A DNA stretch of 63,231 nucleotides, the filler included, from Folioceros fuciformis (taxonomy: Eukaryota): the NCBI GenBank assembly GCA_049999805.1. It is 7 parts of 7 records of this genome, joined end to end, with 100 filler letters (N's around TTAATTAATTAA, not from the genome) between each part and the next. Parts side by side here need not be neighbours in the genome. Positions count along the whole stretch, not along the records: positions 50,299 to 58,977 come from JBNGIO010002916.1; positions 59,078 to 63,231 come from JBNGIO010002922.1; 5 more parts are not named here. One strand, 5' to 3'. The translations under genes and the position numbers were made by a program. The notes beneath the pieces were generated by a model. It worked only from the letters and a program-made list of their open reading frames with translations. It was not told the DNA's origin and ran no database searches. Every line of letters starts with the position of its first letter. The stretch's first letter is position 1. This document shows positions 50,586 to 63,231 of this stretch, piece by piece.

Positions 50586-53500
50586 CGGCGCCGGAAATAA
50601 TTAGTTAGGGTTTGGGGTGGGACCCACCACGGAGGTAGCTGAAGCGGCTACCGGTAGTTGAAAGACGACGGAGGTAGCCGAAGCGGCTACCGGTAGTTGA
50701 GACCCTATCTTGGTAGTTGAAGGGTCGGTAGTTGTAGAGACCCCCAGTCCAGTAGCCAAGTAGGTCTGTTAGGTAGTCCAGGGACGGAGGTAGGGGTAGT
50801 TGAACCTGTAGGTAGTGGAACTGGGGTAGTTGAAGTCCAACCTAGGTAGTAACTGACTTTTAGAAGAAACCTGTGTTATTTGATACAAATCATTCCCTTG
50901 GGATTGAATCCCAGTGCTATAACGACAAAGAGGGTTTGTGTGGACCTCGCAGCACCCCCGGGTGCAATATTTTCCCCCACACGCTGGCAGCAAATGTGGT
51001 GCAAAATCTGCATCATTCTTGAACTCATGTATACGAACGTTCTTCAAGGCTTCCCTGCACTGCACTGGATGGGTACGATTGGATCTTGTTTGACGTCAGC
51101 GACTTATCCTAAGTATTTACAACACAATGCTGCAATTTCCTAAGAGTACCTTTCATTTATGGCTTCCAACTTCCTATAGAAGTGCTTATATTGTGCTTTC
51201 AGATCACCTCCGTGACCTGTTTGCTCAGAAAAATGCACCTTTCTCACACGTTCTCCTGGATCAGTACACAAGGCATCTGCTATATCATATTATGCTGGAG
51301 TATGATTTGAAAGAACCTGAAGTACTTACAGTTACATTGCAACTATGTCTTGAGCATTCCCAGAAATTCTCCTGCAAGGCCACATTCGTTCCTCTAGTGG
51401 TGTAAGCGCAGCCTGCAAACATGGCGCAAGTTCCAGCAACTACACCAACTCCTTCCCTCACTATAGCAAAGGAGGACAAGTTTGACAGGACAAACTTCCA
51501 TGTATGGAAGTTTCGAATGATAGAGATCTTCAAGTCGAGTAGATTATGCGAGCATGTGCACGGTGTGGGGACACCACCAGTCCCCACACCCAAGCCTCTC
51601 AGGACAACACCACCTGATGAAATTGCACAATGGGAAGAGCATGATGAGTTAGCACAAACTCTGCTACACTTCAGTGTGAAAAGCACCCATATTAATGTTT
51701 TTCAAGGAGCTGCAGAAACTGCCCAGGACAGGTGGCAGGAAGTGCTTTCAGTTTATGACTCACGTAACCTAATGCTTCAAACATATATCCTGCAGCAGTT
51801 TACCAGTTTGAAAATGTCGGAGAATGAATCCGTGGACAAGCATGTTCTGGAGTTTAAGACCCTTCGAGGGAAAATGCTGGCAGCCGGATTCCACCTCGAA
51901 GAGGAGTTTATGGCCGTGTTCTTCCTCACCACGTTGCCTGAAACTTGGACAAGCATAGTGCACGCTCTCCAAGATGTTCCTACACTCACAGTTTACCGTG
52001 TCATAGCTGCAATGCTCACGGAGGAGTCAAGAAGGAGGATAGCAACCACTACGCTATCAGGAAGCCAGGACAAAGCATTGTACCTAAGCAAGCCATTTCG
52101 AGGCAGAGGAGGAGGCCATCCTTTCTAGAGAGGCCGCGGAGGCAAAGGTGGAAGGGGTGCATTTCGCCCCCAAAACATCGGGGGTGGAAGGCCGAAACCA
52201 CCTTGAGGATACTGTGGTATTCCCAATCACACTTGGGAGGTGTGTAGGAAATGGCTGGCTGGAGAGAGCAGCAACTCTTCTGGCCATCTGGCAATGACTA
52301 TGGGCAAGTATAGCCGGGCTTTCTTGGCTCAGACCCATCCGAGTATGACCAAGGTCCACTTGCAGCAGCAGCCCACATGCTTAGTAGTATCCTGCTATGC
52401 TAATCAGGCCGAGACAACATGGTATATCGACAGTGGAGCCTCTCAACACATGACTCCACATGCCTCCTATTTCACAGATTACAGGCCAAGTGCTGCAACC
52501 AACTTCGTATGTCTTGGCGACGACACCAAGCAAAGAATAGAGGGACAAGGCACCATTTTACTTGACCTTGCCCCTGCACAGCATCTATCTATTCCAGATG
52601 TCCTATATGTACCTGGTTTGACTAAAAACCTTGTATCTGTGCGGAAAATTGACGAGTCTGGGTGTTTCATCTGCTTCGGAGGCAGCAGATGCATTGTGGA
52701 ATCACCCAAGGGTGCCCTGCTGGCAACAGGCCACCTACAGGCAGATGATCTGTATCACCTGGATCTTCAACCAGGTTTAGCAAGCGTGTTGAGTACCTCA
52801 CAACATTATGCACAGCCATCACAGACCTACCTCTGGCACCTCCACTTGGGTCATGTAAATTTCAGGAAGCTTCTACAAATGTAGAGAGAGAAGCTTGTCG
52901 AAGGACTCAGCTTGGATGTTGTCCAAGACTTTGGCGTGTGCGAAGCTTGTGTCATGGGGCAGCACAAGAAGGCAGCTTTCCCCGCGGATCCTGCCACAAG
53001 GGCCACCAAACCACTCGAGTTAATTCATAATGATGTGTGTGGCCCTCTCCCCTGCTCACTTGGAGGCAAGGAGTATTTCCTTACCTTCATCGACGACTTC
53101 ACTTGGTTTTGCGTGGTGTATTTCTTACTTCGCAAGTCCGACACATTCTCTTGTTTTGTGGAGTTTCTTCGATGGGCAGAACTGTAGATTGGGCACAAGC
53201 TGAAAATCTTGCGATCAGATAATGGCGGGGAGTATCAGTCCAAGGACTTCAAGGCATTCTGCAAATCCAATGGGATCTCTTGTCAGCTTACTACTCCGTA
53301 TACCCCTCAGCAGAACGGAATAGTGGAACATAAGAATTGGGAACTCGAGACTTCTGCCTCCAGCATGCTGCATTATGCAAAGTTGCCCAAAAGTTATTGG
53401 GCGAAGGCTGTGGGTTACGCTACTTACATTCAAAATCGTATCCCACACAAGGCAGTGAAGGGCGCCACACCGTACGAGCTATGGACGGGAAAGAAGCCAA

Positions 53501-56004
53501 CAATAGCTCATCTTCGTGTCTTTGGCTCTATGGCTTATGCACAAGTGTCCAAGGACGTCCGAAGGAAGTTTGAGCCGAAGTCTCGACCCTGCATCTTTCT
53601 GGGGTTCACAAACGGCATTAAAGGTTACAAGCCAATTAACAAGCAGACTCGTCAGATCATGCATTCTTGTGACGTAGTCTTTGTTGAAGGAGTCGAAGCT
53701 TTGCAAACAGCAGGAGCCAATGGGAGCACAAACCTGTCTTTTTCAGACAGCGACAATGAGCAGGAGGACTTCCTGGTTGGAGACATATCGATTCCACTGC
53801 AGCCACCTCACATACCTGCACAGGTGGCACCGAATGCACAGGTTACAGTGCCTCCACAAGCACCACTGAGGACTCAGCTACCTCATGTGCAGTCACCTAG
53901 CATGCACGCACTAGCTAGGACCCCTGGACGGGCAATTAGTAACAGGGATATTAGTGGCTCACCTCGGGTCACGTTCGACTTGGATTTCGAAGATGCAGTG
54001 TACAAGCCTGCATCTGAAACCGTGCAGTCGAGGAGGAAACCAAAGCATGGGCATCTGGCACCTAGGCGCTCAGCTCAGACACATCGTCCACTAGATTTTT
54101 ATGTACCAGAATACAGCAAACATCATAAGTCACATCTAACCTACTACTTAGCTGCAAATACAAGTCTGTATGAGCCATCCACTTATGAGGAGGCTTTAAG
54201 TTGTCCAGATGCTGCACAGTGGTAGCAAGCTATCAATTCCGAGCTAGCATCCTTGTATGAGAACAACACCTGGAAACTTGACAGCCTGCCTGCAAATAGA
54301 AAAGCGGTGGGGTCAAAATGGGTGTTTAAATTGAAGCTCAAGGCGGATGGTACAATAGCAAGGTACAAAGGAAGGGTGGTAGCGAAGGGGTACTCACAGA
54401 CACTCGGCATCGACTTTGATGACACTTTCAGCCCTGTAGTAAAACTCACTACACTCAGAATGTTCATTGCCCTTGCAGCAGTTAAGAACCTAGAGCAAGA
54501 ACAGCTCGATGTCACAACTACCTTTCTATAGGGCAACCTAGAAGAGGAAATTTTCATGCAAGTTCCTAAAGGAGTCATTGTACCAGCAGAACTTCCTCGG
54601 CCAGTATGCAGATTACAAAAGACCTTGTACGGGCTCAAGCAAAGCCCTAGGGCTTGGTACTCTCGCATCGACACATACCTGAAGGAGTTAGGCTTTACCA
54701 ACAGCAATGTAGAAAACAACGTGTATACTAAGCAAGAAGGTGCAAATTTCCTAGCTTTGGCTATCTACGTGGATGATATTATCATACTGAGCAGTTCCTG
54801 GAGCATGATTGCCGAGCTGAAGGAGCACCTACGCAAGGCCTTCAAGATTACGGATGCAGGAGCTCTCACATTCTGCATAGGCATGCAGCTACAGAGGAAC
54901 AAGAGTGTTGGCACCATACTCTTGCACCAGAACAAATATGTCAAGCAAATCCTTAGGTATGGCATGACTTATTGCAAGCACTCACCAACCCTTGTCGAGC
55001 AGAATGTAAAGTACCTGGCACAAGATGGCAATGTACCTGAGCAAGATCTATCTTATGTTGAGGAGTATCCATCGATGAATGGATTTGTAATGCATCTGAT
55101 GGTGGGCACGAGGCCAGACCTGGCCTTCAGTTCAGGTCTATCATCTAGATTTGTTGCCAAGCCAAACCGTTCTCACCAAGACCTACTGAACAAAATATAC
55201 AGGTACATTGCAGCAACAAAAGAATGGGGCATCTTATATAGTGCAAAGGTAAAGGATGCTCTCCAGCTGGTGGTTTACAGTGACGCGGACTGGGCTGGGG
55301 ACCCAGACAGCTGCAAGTCCATATCGAGCTATGTCACGCTGTTTGCAGGTGGCGCAATTTCCTGGAGCAGCAGAAGGTAGAGCACCATAGCATTATCCTC
55401 AACTGAGGCCAAGTACAAAAGCCTCACGGAGGCGTGCAAAGAAGCGACATGGTCAGTGGGAGCTCTGAGTGAGCTGGGCATACCTCAATCACTGCCAATT
55501 GAGCTCTTCTGTGATAACCAGAGCGCCATAGCGATGTCAATGAATCCGAGGTTCCACGCGAGAACAAAGAATATTTAGATTCAGCATCACTATATCAGGG
55601 AGACGGCGGCGCAAGGTATTGTTCGAATTTCCGATTGTCCTACACAGCACATGGTTGCAGATATATTGACGAAGGCGCTCGAGAAGGTAAAGCACTATCA
55701 GCACGCCAACAACATGGGACTCCGTACAGTTGGAGCGTCCCTGAGATGCAGCGCAACATCGGATCAGTGAGCTGGGAGCACATCGACAGAAGAGGCGGCA
55801 AGTGAAGACTGAAGTGGTGGCAAAGAATGCTCAAAGGGGTTAGGGCCTGACGAGGTTTTCTTAACCTCCCGTCGAGGTTTCTTTGTTAGGTTTCTTTGAG
55901 TTAAAACGCCTATCGCGAAAAAGTCGAAAAACAATTTAATAGTTAGCTTTAAGACTATAAACCTAAGACTAAACTAATCACTAACCATTCAACCTGAGTG
56001 GGAG
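50586..56004 (+). mobile_element. Near-complete Ty1/Copia internal region: leader, gag (51421), protease, integrase, RT, RNase H and PPT; many premature stops; 5' LTR not seen
   Basis: WYIDSGASQHM; RSDNGGEY; YKGRVVAKGY; LYGLKQSPRAW; IYVDD; YSDADWAGD; ADILTKAL; PPT TGAGTGGGAG at 55995-56004. Confidence 0.93.
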
Positions 56005-56834
56005 TGATGGAAAGTAGGTAGTTAGAGCAGGTTTAGGTTACTTAAGTACTACCGGTTAGAAACCCTAACCGTTCGTTCACGCCTACAAGACACTCTACCT
56101 ATAAGCACCAGTGCGCTTAATTGCTACGCGTTTTTTCAAATCTATTCTAAGATTTCCTATCAGGGGCTTCGAGCTAGTGGCAAACCTCTGCGGTGGAGTG
56201 CGGCATCCAATTCGAGATCCATCTCAGCTGAGGAAGATAGGAGCTGAAGATCGAAGACTGAAGATTGTCGAACTAGCTTTTAGGGCAGCCTCTACCCTTT
56301 TTCTCTTGCAACGAACTTTTTTGCCTCGTCGAAGTTTCTTTAGAGTAATTTGAAGTTTTTGGTTAGGTCCACCTTTCCTTAGCAATAGACATATACATAT
56401 CTAAAATTAAGATTATTTCTAACCCTAGACCTGAGTGGGAGTGAGACTATATAAAATATATAGGCAGTTAGGGTTTATAGGTCGGTAGGTTAGTTTACTC
56501 AACCGCCACAACCGTCGTGTTCATAAGACACGTGACTGTAACTTACAATAATGTATTCTCTATTCTACGCCTACGCACTCCCGTGTGCCCTCTGATAGTG
56601 TCAAGGGGTGCCTGGCGCCCCGCGCTGCGGGGTGGAGCGGCGACACCCTCCCGGGTGAGGTGCCCCGCGCCTGAGCACGGCGGGGCTGGAGCCCCCTACA
56701 CCTTGGGCAGCAGGGTTGCCGCACATGGGCCCCCGAGATGTTGCCCTCACCCAGGTCCTTCCTCACGGCCTTTTTGCGCCTTTGTGCATCATGTTCGCAG
56801 CACCTACAGCCATAACCCTCTTGCTCCACAACCT

Positions 56835-57090
56835 GGCTCTAATACCAATTGAAGGATCGCTAGGGGAGCCACATGATGAAGAAGGAGAGGAGAAAACCTG
56901 GTCTCTATCTTGCAAGGGAGCTCAAGAGGGTATTTATACCCTGTAGAAGAGCTCCAGAGGAAGCTTCACATGAAGCTCACGGGAAGCTGCGCAAGAAGCT
57001 TCCTAAAGATTAGCTTAAGCTAATCTAAACAAATGATACGTAATTAGCTAATATTTTAGACTAAACACATTGGGCTTTAATAACCCAACA
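56835..57090 (-). mobile_element. LTR (56850-57090) plus iMet PBS of another truncated element
   Basis: GGCTCTAATACCA at 56835-56847, then TGAAGG...CCCAACA. Confidence 0.75.
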
Positions 57091-58977
57091 CGAGATGGCA
57101 ACTCAGGTGGAGACCGTGATTTCCATCGCCTAGTGGCCCAACATGGATCATTGGAAAATAAAGGCGAGCGGTCTGGTGCGGGAGCTGGGCCTTGGGTTTA
57201 TGGAGAAGAAATGGTGTCATGACAGTCCTGCTCTAGTGCAGGAGTGTGCCCGTTTTTTGAGGAATATGGGACCCGAAGAAACTCTGAGGTAGAGGCCCTA
57301 CAGTTGGAGTCTGGAGCTGTTTCAAGAGGCTTATGGGCGAGAGAAGACGAAGCGGGGAGGAGCAATCATCGACCTGCAGAAGAAAAAGCCTTTGAAAATT
57401 GTAATAGCTGCGCTCATGCGGCCTGGGGAACAAGAATTGACAATGGCTGGGTGGTACGATAGTTAAATTCAGGATAGTTGGTGGGGTTGGTTTATGCTTC
57501 CTACACAGTAAGAAGTTAATCAAATGGCTGACCATTTCCTCGTGTTTCTCCATGAGGTAGTCACCTGGGCGTGGGTGGATTGGACCCGGATCATCTTTGA
57601 GTGTGCTTGTGAGGAGAGGGCAAATTTGCTGACCACTTCCCCCTGTCCCTCCTTCATCTCACCATTTGTGATTCATCTTTTTACACACACTAAGTGTCTG
57701 ACAGAGTTGGAAGTGGTGTCTTCCCTCCACAGTTAGAAACTTGTCAAGGAGGTCAAGGTAGAGGAAGGTGAACCCAAGGACATCTCGGGAGAAGACTCCA
57801 GCAGCTGGGAACTCGACTCCCCAAGGGATTCTAAGGAAGGGGCCAAGGCAACCAGGAAAAGGAGGGGCCGAACAACAGGACGGAGGGCGGCAAAGAAAAG
57901 GAAGAGCCTAGCACATGAGCAAGGGGTAGTAACCCCACCCCGAGTCACTAGGTCCAGGGAGGCCACCAGAGCGCGAGAGGAGTAAGGAGGGAAATAGGCT
58001 AACCCCAACCTTAGACTGAAAAATGAAGCACCAAGGGTTAATGAGCCCGTAATTGGGGATGGGGGCTAGCAGGGACATAGGAGGCTGCTAAGGAGTGGAA
58101 GGTTATTTTCGGGACCACGCCTTTGAGCGTCCCAACAGGAGCAGAGACCGAAAGTGTGGCTCGCGTGCAGGAGTGGTTGTGGAAAAGGATGGACGTGAGG
58201 GCCACAACGATCCGAGATTTACAAGGATTAACTATTGCCATGGCTCAGACACAAGCGGACCTACTCAAGCAAGCCACCATGGTACTCACATGTCTTAGCA
58301 TGTAGGGCAACAAGAGCACCTGCTGAGGGTTAGGTTGGTGGAGGTGGAGGACAAGAGCAAAGTCGCCAAGGAACACAAGTAGGCAAGTGAGGAATTACTA
58401 GGTAAAATGTAGAGAGAGTTGGAAGCGATGGCGAAGCAACAAGAAGCCTTGGTAAATCAGGTGACGACAGCCCATGCCACCATTGAAGAGCTTTAAAATG
58501 AGATATCCCGGACCTCCAAAGTTTGGGGTAGTAGTTTGTTTTGGTTGAAAAAGGGTTAATAGTGGTATGGTTTGGTTTTCTTTTTCACCTTATTTTTCCT
58601 AATTTTCCTTTATTTTCTGGTCATTTTTCCTTTTTTTCTTTGTGCTAATTAGGTTAATTGACCAGAAAATAGTTGGTTTGGTTATAAGAGTGGGTATAGG
58701 TTTGGTCCCAGACCTGGGAAGGTTTAGGTTCGGTACCAGGCCATAGGGTTGGGAAAGTTTGAGTATAGGTCTGGTGATTAGTTTATATTAATTAAAGATA
58801 TATAATATTAAATGATTAAATAATAATAATATAATATTAAATAAATAAAATAATAAAATAATGGTTTGAACATAGGAACGGGAATCTGGGTATGTCAGGG
58901 TCTGACGATAGGCTAGCCGATTGCTTGGCTGGCATGAACGGCCATGGAGGCCATGCCCTAGCTAGAGCTAGAGGTAG
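57091..58977 (+). mobile_element. Decayed retroelement accessory ORF plus AT-rich internal region; related to about 46800-47190 in opposite orientation
   Basis: Broken frame VDWTRIIF..ISPFVIHLF, a basic stretch and a coiled-coil-like end; TTAGGTTAATTGACCAGA and flanks shared with the reverse complement of 47041-47185. Confidence 0.5.
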
Positions 58978-59077
58978 NNNNNNNNNNNNNNNNNNNNNNN
59001 NNNNNNNNNNNNNNNNNNNNNTTAATTAATTAANNNNNNNNNNNNNNNNNNNNNNNNNNNNNNNNNNNNNNNNNNNN

Positions 59078-60115
59078 TAGCTTCAAATTCTTCTTCAATC
59101 ACTCCGGCCATAGCTAATCGTCCTCAAAGGACAAAGCTCTTGCGGTAAGGCTTATGTTCAATTTTGTTGCACATATAGAATTCCTCCATTAGGCTGTTTT
59201 CAGGAGATGATGGCCTACTCTCTAATTCTTGATTAGTATTAATCAAAGAAAATTTTGATTTCAAATCAAATAATTCAGTTTGTAGATTAGAGACTTGAAT
59301 TTTGAGGGATGAAAATTGATCATAAAAATCATGAAGAGATGGAGTTTGAATTCTATTTTTATTTGACAAAAAAAAAGTACGGGAAGAAATCAATCCATTT
59401 ATTAAATTTGGAATATGGTTAAGAGCCAATTCCAAAGCTTTAATATGGATAGGACTGAAGTATTCAAGCAAATTACATCTTGATGACTTGATAAGCTTTC
59501 CTTGATTCGGTTTTGGAAATAAAATTGATGCAATGAAATTTGCTATAGATGAAGAGATTTCTTCTATTTCACTCTCAATAGCTTGTTGTTTGATGAGATT
59601 CGCTCTCGTTTTAACCTTCTGTTTTCTCCTTATAATAGAATTGAAGTCCATGGAGAAATTGTAGAAGATTAGAACATATAAGCATGTTAAAGGAAGAGAT
59701 AAAGAATTGGTGAAATAGAGAATATAGGACAATAGCACTCCATTTTGATAAATGCTAGATTTAAGAGTGCCTTGTAAACAATCTCCTCATATATGAGAAA
59801 CATAAGCATACGCAAGAGAGCAAAGATGCTTTAATACCATGATGAGAATCAATAGCTCTCAGATAGGAAAGAAAACAACGGAATCAATTAATGAGTAAAG
59901 TACAGGCCTTTAAATAGGCTAGGTGGTTGGTCGGTTGCAACCATAAGTTGTTGCAACCGTAATTAGTTGCAACCGTAATTAGTTGCAACCGTAAGCGGTT
60001 ACCACTAATATAACTAATATAACCATTAACTACCTAAATAAACCCTAGGTAGATAATAATGTTTAAAGTTACGAGGCCCTAATGAATAGTGCCCTAATCT
60101 AGACCCATTTCATCA
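59078..60115 (-). mobile_element. 5' end of an LTR retrotransposon: LTR 59840-60115, degenerate PBS, and an AT-rich ORF (ATG 59651, stop 59124)
   Basis: TGATGA...TCATCA termini; GCTTTAATACCA at 59828-59839; interrupts a Copia integrase at 60116. Confidence 0.8.
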
Positions 60116-62595
60116 CTTCCGAACAGATAATGGCGGGGAGTTCACTGGACATCATTTTGATGACCTATTCACACAATTTGGCATTGTTCGTCAGCTCTCT
60201 GTCCCATACACCCAACAGCAAAACGGTGTTGCAGAGAGGAAAAACCAAACCCTAATGGAAATGGTTAGAAGCATGCTATCATGGTTAGCTCTACCTAAGA
60301 CGTATTGGGCAGAGGCTATCGTGAGTGCTACTTACATTCTCAATATTAAGTTTGTAGACAGCGGGGAGCGAGAGCCGGAGGGCGAGAGGCATTAGCATAC
60401 AAACTATCCAAATGATTAAGTGTTGATAAAGAACAAAAAAGGGTCTTTAAATATAGTTTCGAAGTACTATCCACAGAACCCTAACCTAGCCGGTTAGTTG
60501 ACCAGTGTAGGGTTATCCCTTTCAACACTCAATAGGGTAGTCACTTTCAGCTCTTCCTGGTACAACACCTTACGAAGCTCTTTGGGGACAAAAACCAAGT
60601 CTGTTACACTTGAAGGTCTTCGGCTCACCTGCTTTTGCCTATATACCTGAACTCAAACGGAGAAAGCTAGATAATCTTCCTCGATTATTCAGAAGAGTCA
60701 AAGGCATACAAGCTATTTGATCCAGTGACAGCAAAGATAACTTTGTCCAGAAGTGCCATTTTCAAGGAACTACTGTCGCCTAGGTCAGATCTTATAGTTG
60801 ATGTTATGCTCTCAACTGAATCCGTTCAGGATAAGACTCCTGAACTTGAAGTTGAGGATGATCAGCAGCTCCCTGTGCACTATCCTGCTTCAGATGGTGA
60901 TCCACCTACACAATCAGACATTGATGATGTCCATTCTCTCCCTGTTGACAGTAGTGACCCTATTAGTGACACATCTGACCTGGCTGGGTGTTGAGGACTA
61001 TGGTGATGATGTACAGTCTCTTGTTTCAGTGGACAATGATGATGTCCTTGATCTTCCTAATCCTCCTATGAGGAGCTTGTAACACCTATGGACGTGGACC
61101 CAAATACTGCTCCAGTTATTTCCCCTCGTTATCCCACTAGAGACAGACGACCAAGGGAAGAGTGGAGTGAGCCCCCATACAACTCAGCTGATTTCAGGAA
61201 ACATGCTGCAAATATTATTGACCTACATGTTCCAGAGATCAGGCTTGATCCACAGAGTTACACTGAAGCCTTGAATGGACCAGATGGTGAACACTGGTAG
61301 GTCTCCATAAATGACGAGTATAACTCGTTGGTCAAAAACCACACTTGGGAGCTTGCAGATCTTCCTCCTGGAAGAAAGCCTATCCCCTGTAAATGGGTTT
61401 TTAAAACCAACTTGAAGTCAGATGGCACAATTGCCTGTCACAAGTCCAGACTTGTTGCAAGAGGGTTTTCACAACTATGGAGATACATTCTCCCCTGTGG
61501 TCAAGCCTCCCTCAGTTCGAATCTTACTTGCTATGGTAGCTGAGTTTGATTTAGAACTGCACCAGATGGACGTTTGTACAGCGTTTCTTCATGGTGAGCT
61601 CGAAGAGGTGTTGTTCATGGAACAGCCTGAGGGGTTTGTTGATAAGGAATGTCCGAACAAAGTCTGTAAGCTCTTGAAGACCTTGTATGGCCTTAAGCAA
61701 AGTCCCCATGCCTGGTACAAGCGTATTATGACATTCCTGAAGAACCATGGCTTCGTTCAATCACCAGCTGACTCAAACGTTTTTTACCTAGTTTCTGGTG
61801 ACCTATTTGTCATCTTGCCGCTGTACATTAATGATGCTATCCTGCTGAGCAATAGTATAGCTCAGCTTGATCAAGTAAAGGCCCTTTTACACTTAGAGTT
61901 CGAGATGTCTGATCAGGGCCCCTTACAATACTGTCTAGGCATCCAGATCCTGTGCAACTGGACACAAGGGTCAATAGTCCTTCATCAAAGAAAATACCTG
62001 AAGGAGATTTTAAACGGTTTAATATGGATGCTGCTAAATCAGTCTTGACGCCATCAGCAATGGGGGAAAAAACTTACCAAGGAACAGTCTCCACTTGCCG
62101 ATGATGACAAGCTTACAATGTCTATTGTGCCATATGCTGAAGCCGTCGGCTGTCTGATCTTTCTGGCCAACTGGACATGTCCAGACATATCTTACTCTGT
62201 TAGTATAGTGTCACAGTTTCTGAAAAATCCTAGCAAAGCCCACTGGTCAGCCGTTAAGTGCATTTACAGATACTTAAAAGGCACCCTTACTTACGAGTTG
62301 CACTATGTGGCTAGTGGACAGCAACAGTTCTTACTTACAGCATTCGCAGGTGCTGATTGGGCATCTGATGCTGACTCCCGTAAGAGTCTCTCAGCGTATG
62401 TATTCATACTGGCTATAGGAGCTGTGAACTGGTCTTGTAAAAAGCAAACATCCTTGTCGTTGTCGTCCACTGAAGCTGAGTACAAAGCCCTGACAGACGC
62501 ATGCAAGGAATTAGAGTGGGAGAGGCAATTCTTGGAAGCAATCCACTTACCTCAGATTGGCCCCACTACTCTGCTATTCGACAATATGTCAACTA
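60116..62595 (+). mobile_element. Decayed Ty1/Copia integrase-RT-RNase H, interrupted by three insertions
   Basis: LRTDNGGEF, QQNGVAERKN, KSRLVARGF, LYGLKQSP, ADWASDADSRKS. Confidence 0.92.
60344..60527. mobile_element. 184-bp solo LTR with 5-bp TSD CTCAA
   Basis: CTCAA at 60339-60343 and 60528-60532; removing it rejoins YILN|RV; ends are TATTAA...TCAACA. Confidence 0.85.
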
Positions 62596-63231
62596 TGTTG
62601 GGGAATTAAACCCAACACGAGTCTTACTCAAGATAGGTAGCTTGAGGGTTAACCTATCTAACTCAAAAGACACATACAATTTGTGTATAAAAGGACATCT
62701 GTTCATTTTTATATATTACATTACTTTTACAAGTCTTGCTTCTAGTCTTAGATGCTCTACTCAAGTAGAAGATATAATTGTCATGGTATCAGAGCCATCG
62801 ATGGTTTGAGTCTTCCGCTGTATTTACTAATTGATGTGTCTAGTCTAGGATCTCAATAGTCATAGATGATAGTCGCATCAGCTTTTGGCCCTAGTGCTTA
62901 AAATGCCTAGAAGGGGTGATAGGTGTAGCAACAGGCTCATTCCTACACCTCCTTGGGCTGCCAAGGCCGATTATATTCTAAGGCAACACAATAATTTGGA
63001 TCCTGAGGTTCGGATTCAAGACAGTGAGAGACAGAATGGAGTGAGAGAACGTTTTGTCTCTCCTCATTCATACTACAGTCGTGTGTTTGCCAGACGTCTT
63101 GAGATTGAGAGGAGGAACCTTCTGCAATCAAGTATTAATAGAGACAATCGGTCAGAAAGAGTTGACAAATACATATTTGATCAATTGGACTCTACAAGAC
63201 GTTCTTTTGCAGATAAGAGATTCTCTTCCAA
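62596..63231 (+). mobile_element. 5' LTR (62596-62783), PBS and start of leader of an element inserted in the Copia RNase H
   Basis: TGTTG...TGTCA followed by TGGTATCAGAGCC at 62784-62796. Confidence 0.85.

Overview
Land-plant nuclear DNA, probably from a non-seed plant (inference). The window is a concatenation of seven contigs joined by artificial 100-bp spacers (44 N + TTAATTAATTAA + 44 N), so adjacency across spacers means nothing. Most of the sequence is nested, decayed LTR retrotransposons: at least seven Ty1/Copia elements (one with both LTRs and a 5-bp TSD), nine tRNA-iMet primer-binding sites, solo LTRs and a LINE RT fragment. One compact gene island (25.1-38.8 kb) holds an intron-rich 7TM-RGS1, a KEA4/5/6-type K+ antiporter, MIC10 and a class I LBD gene. 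The strongest signal is two divergent Ty3/Gypsy elements whose integrase ends in a C4HC3 PHD finger where chromoviruses carry a chromodomain, a candidate histone-reader targeting system. Other notable items not evident from the ORF track alone: a complete but disabled OTU deubiquitinase domain, a two-exon CYP85-clan (CYP722-like) P450 remnant, a BAH-like remnant beside a perfect hairpin, and an extra ORF right after an LTR/PBS. All homology calls are by eye from remembered family motifs; no searches were run.
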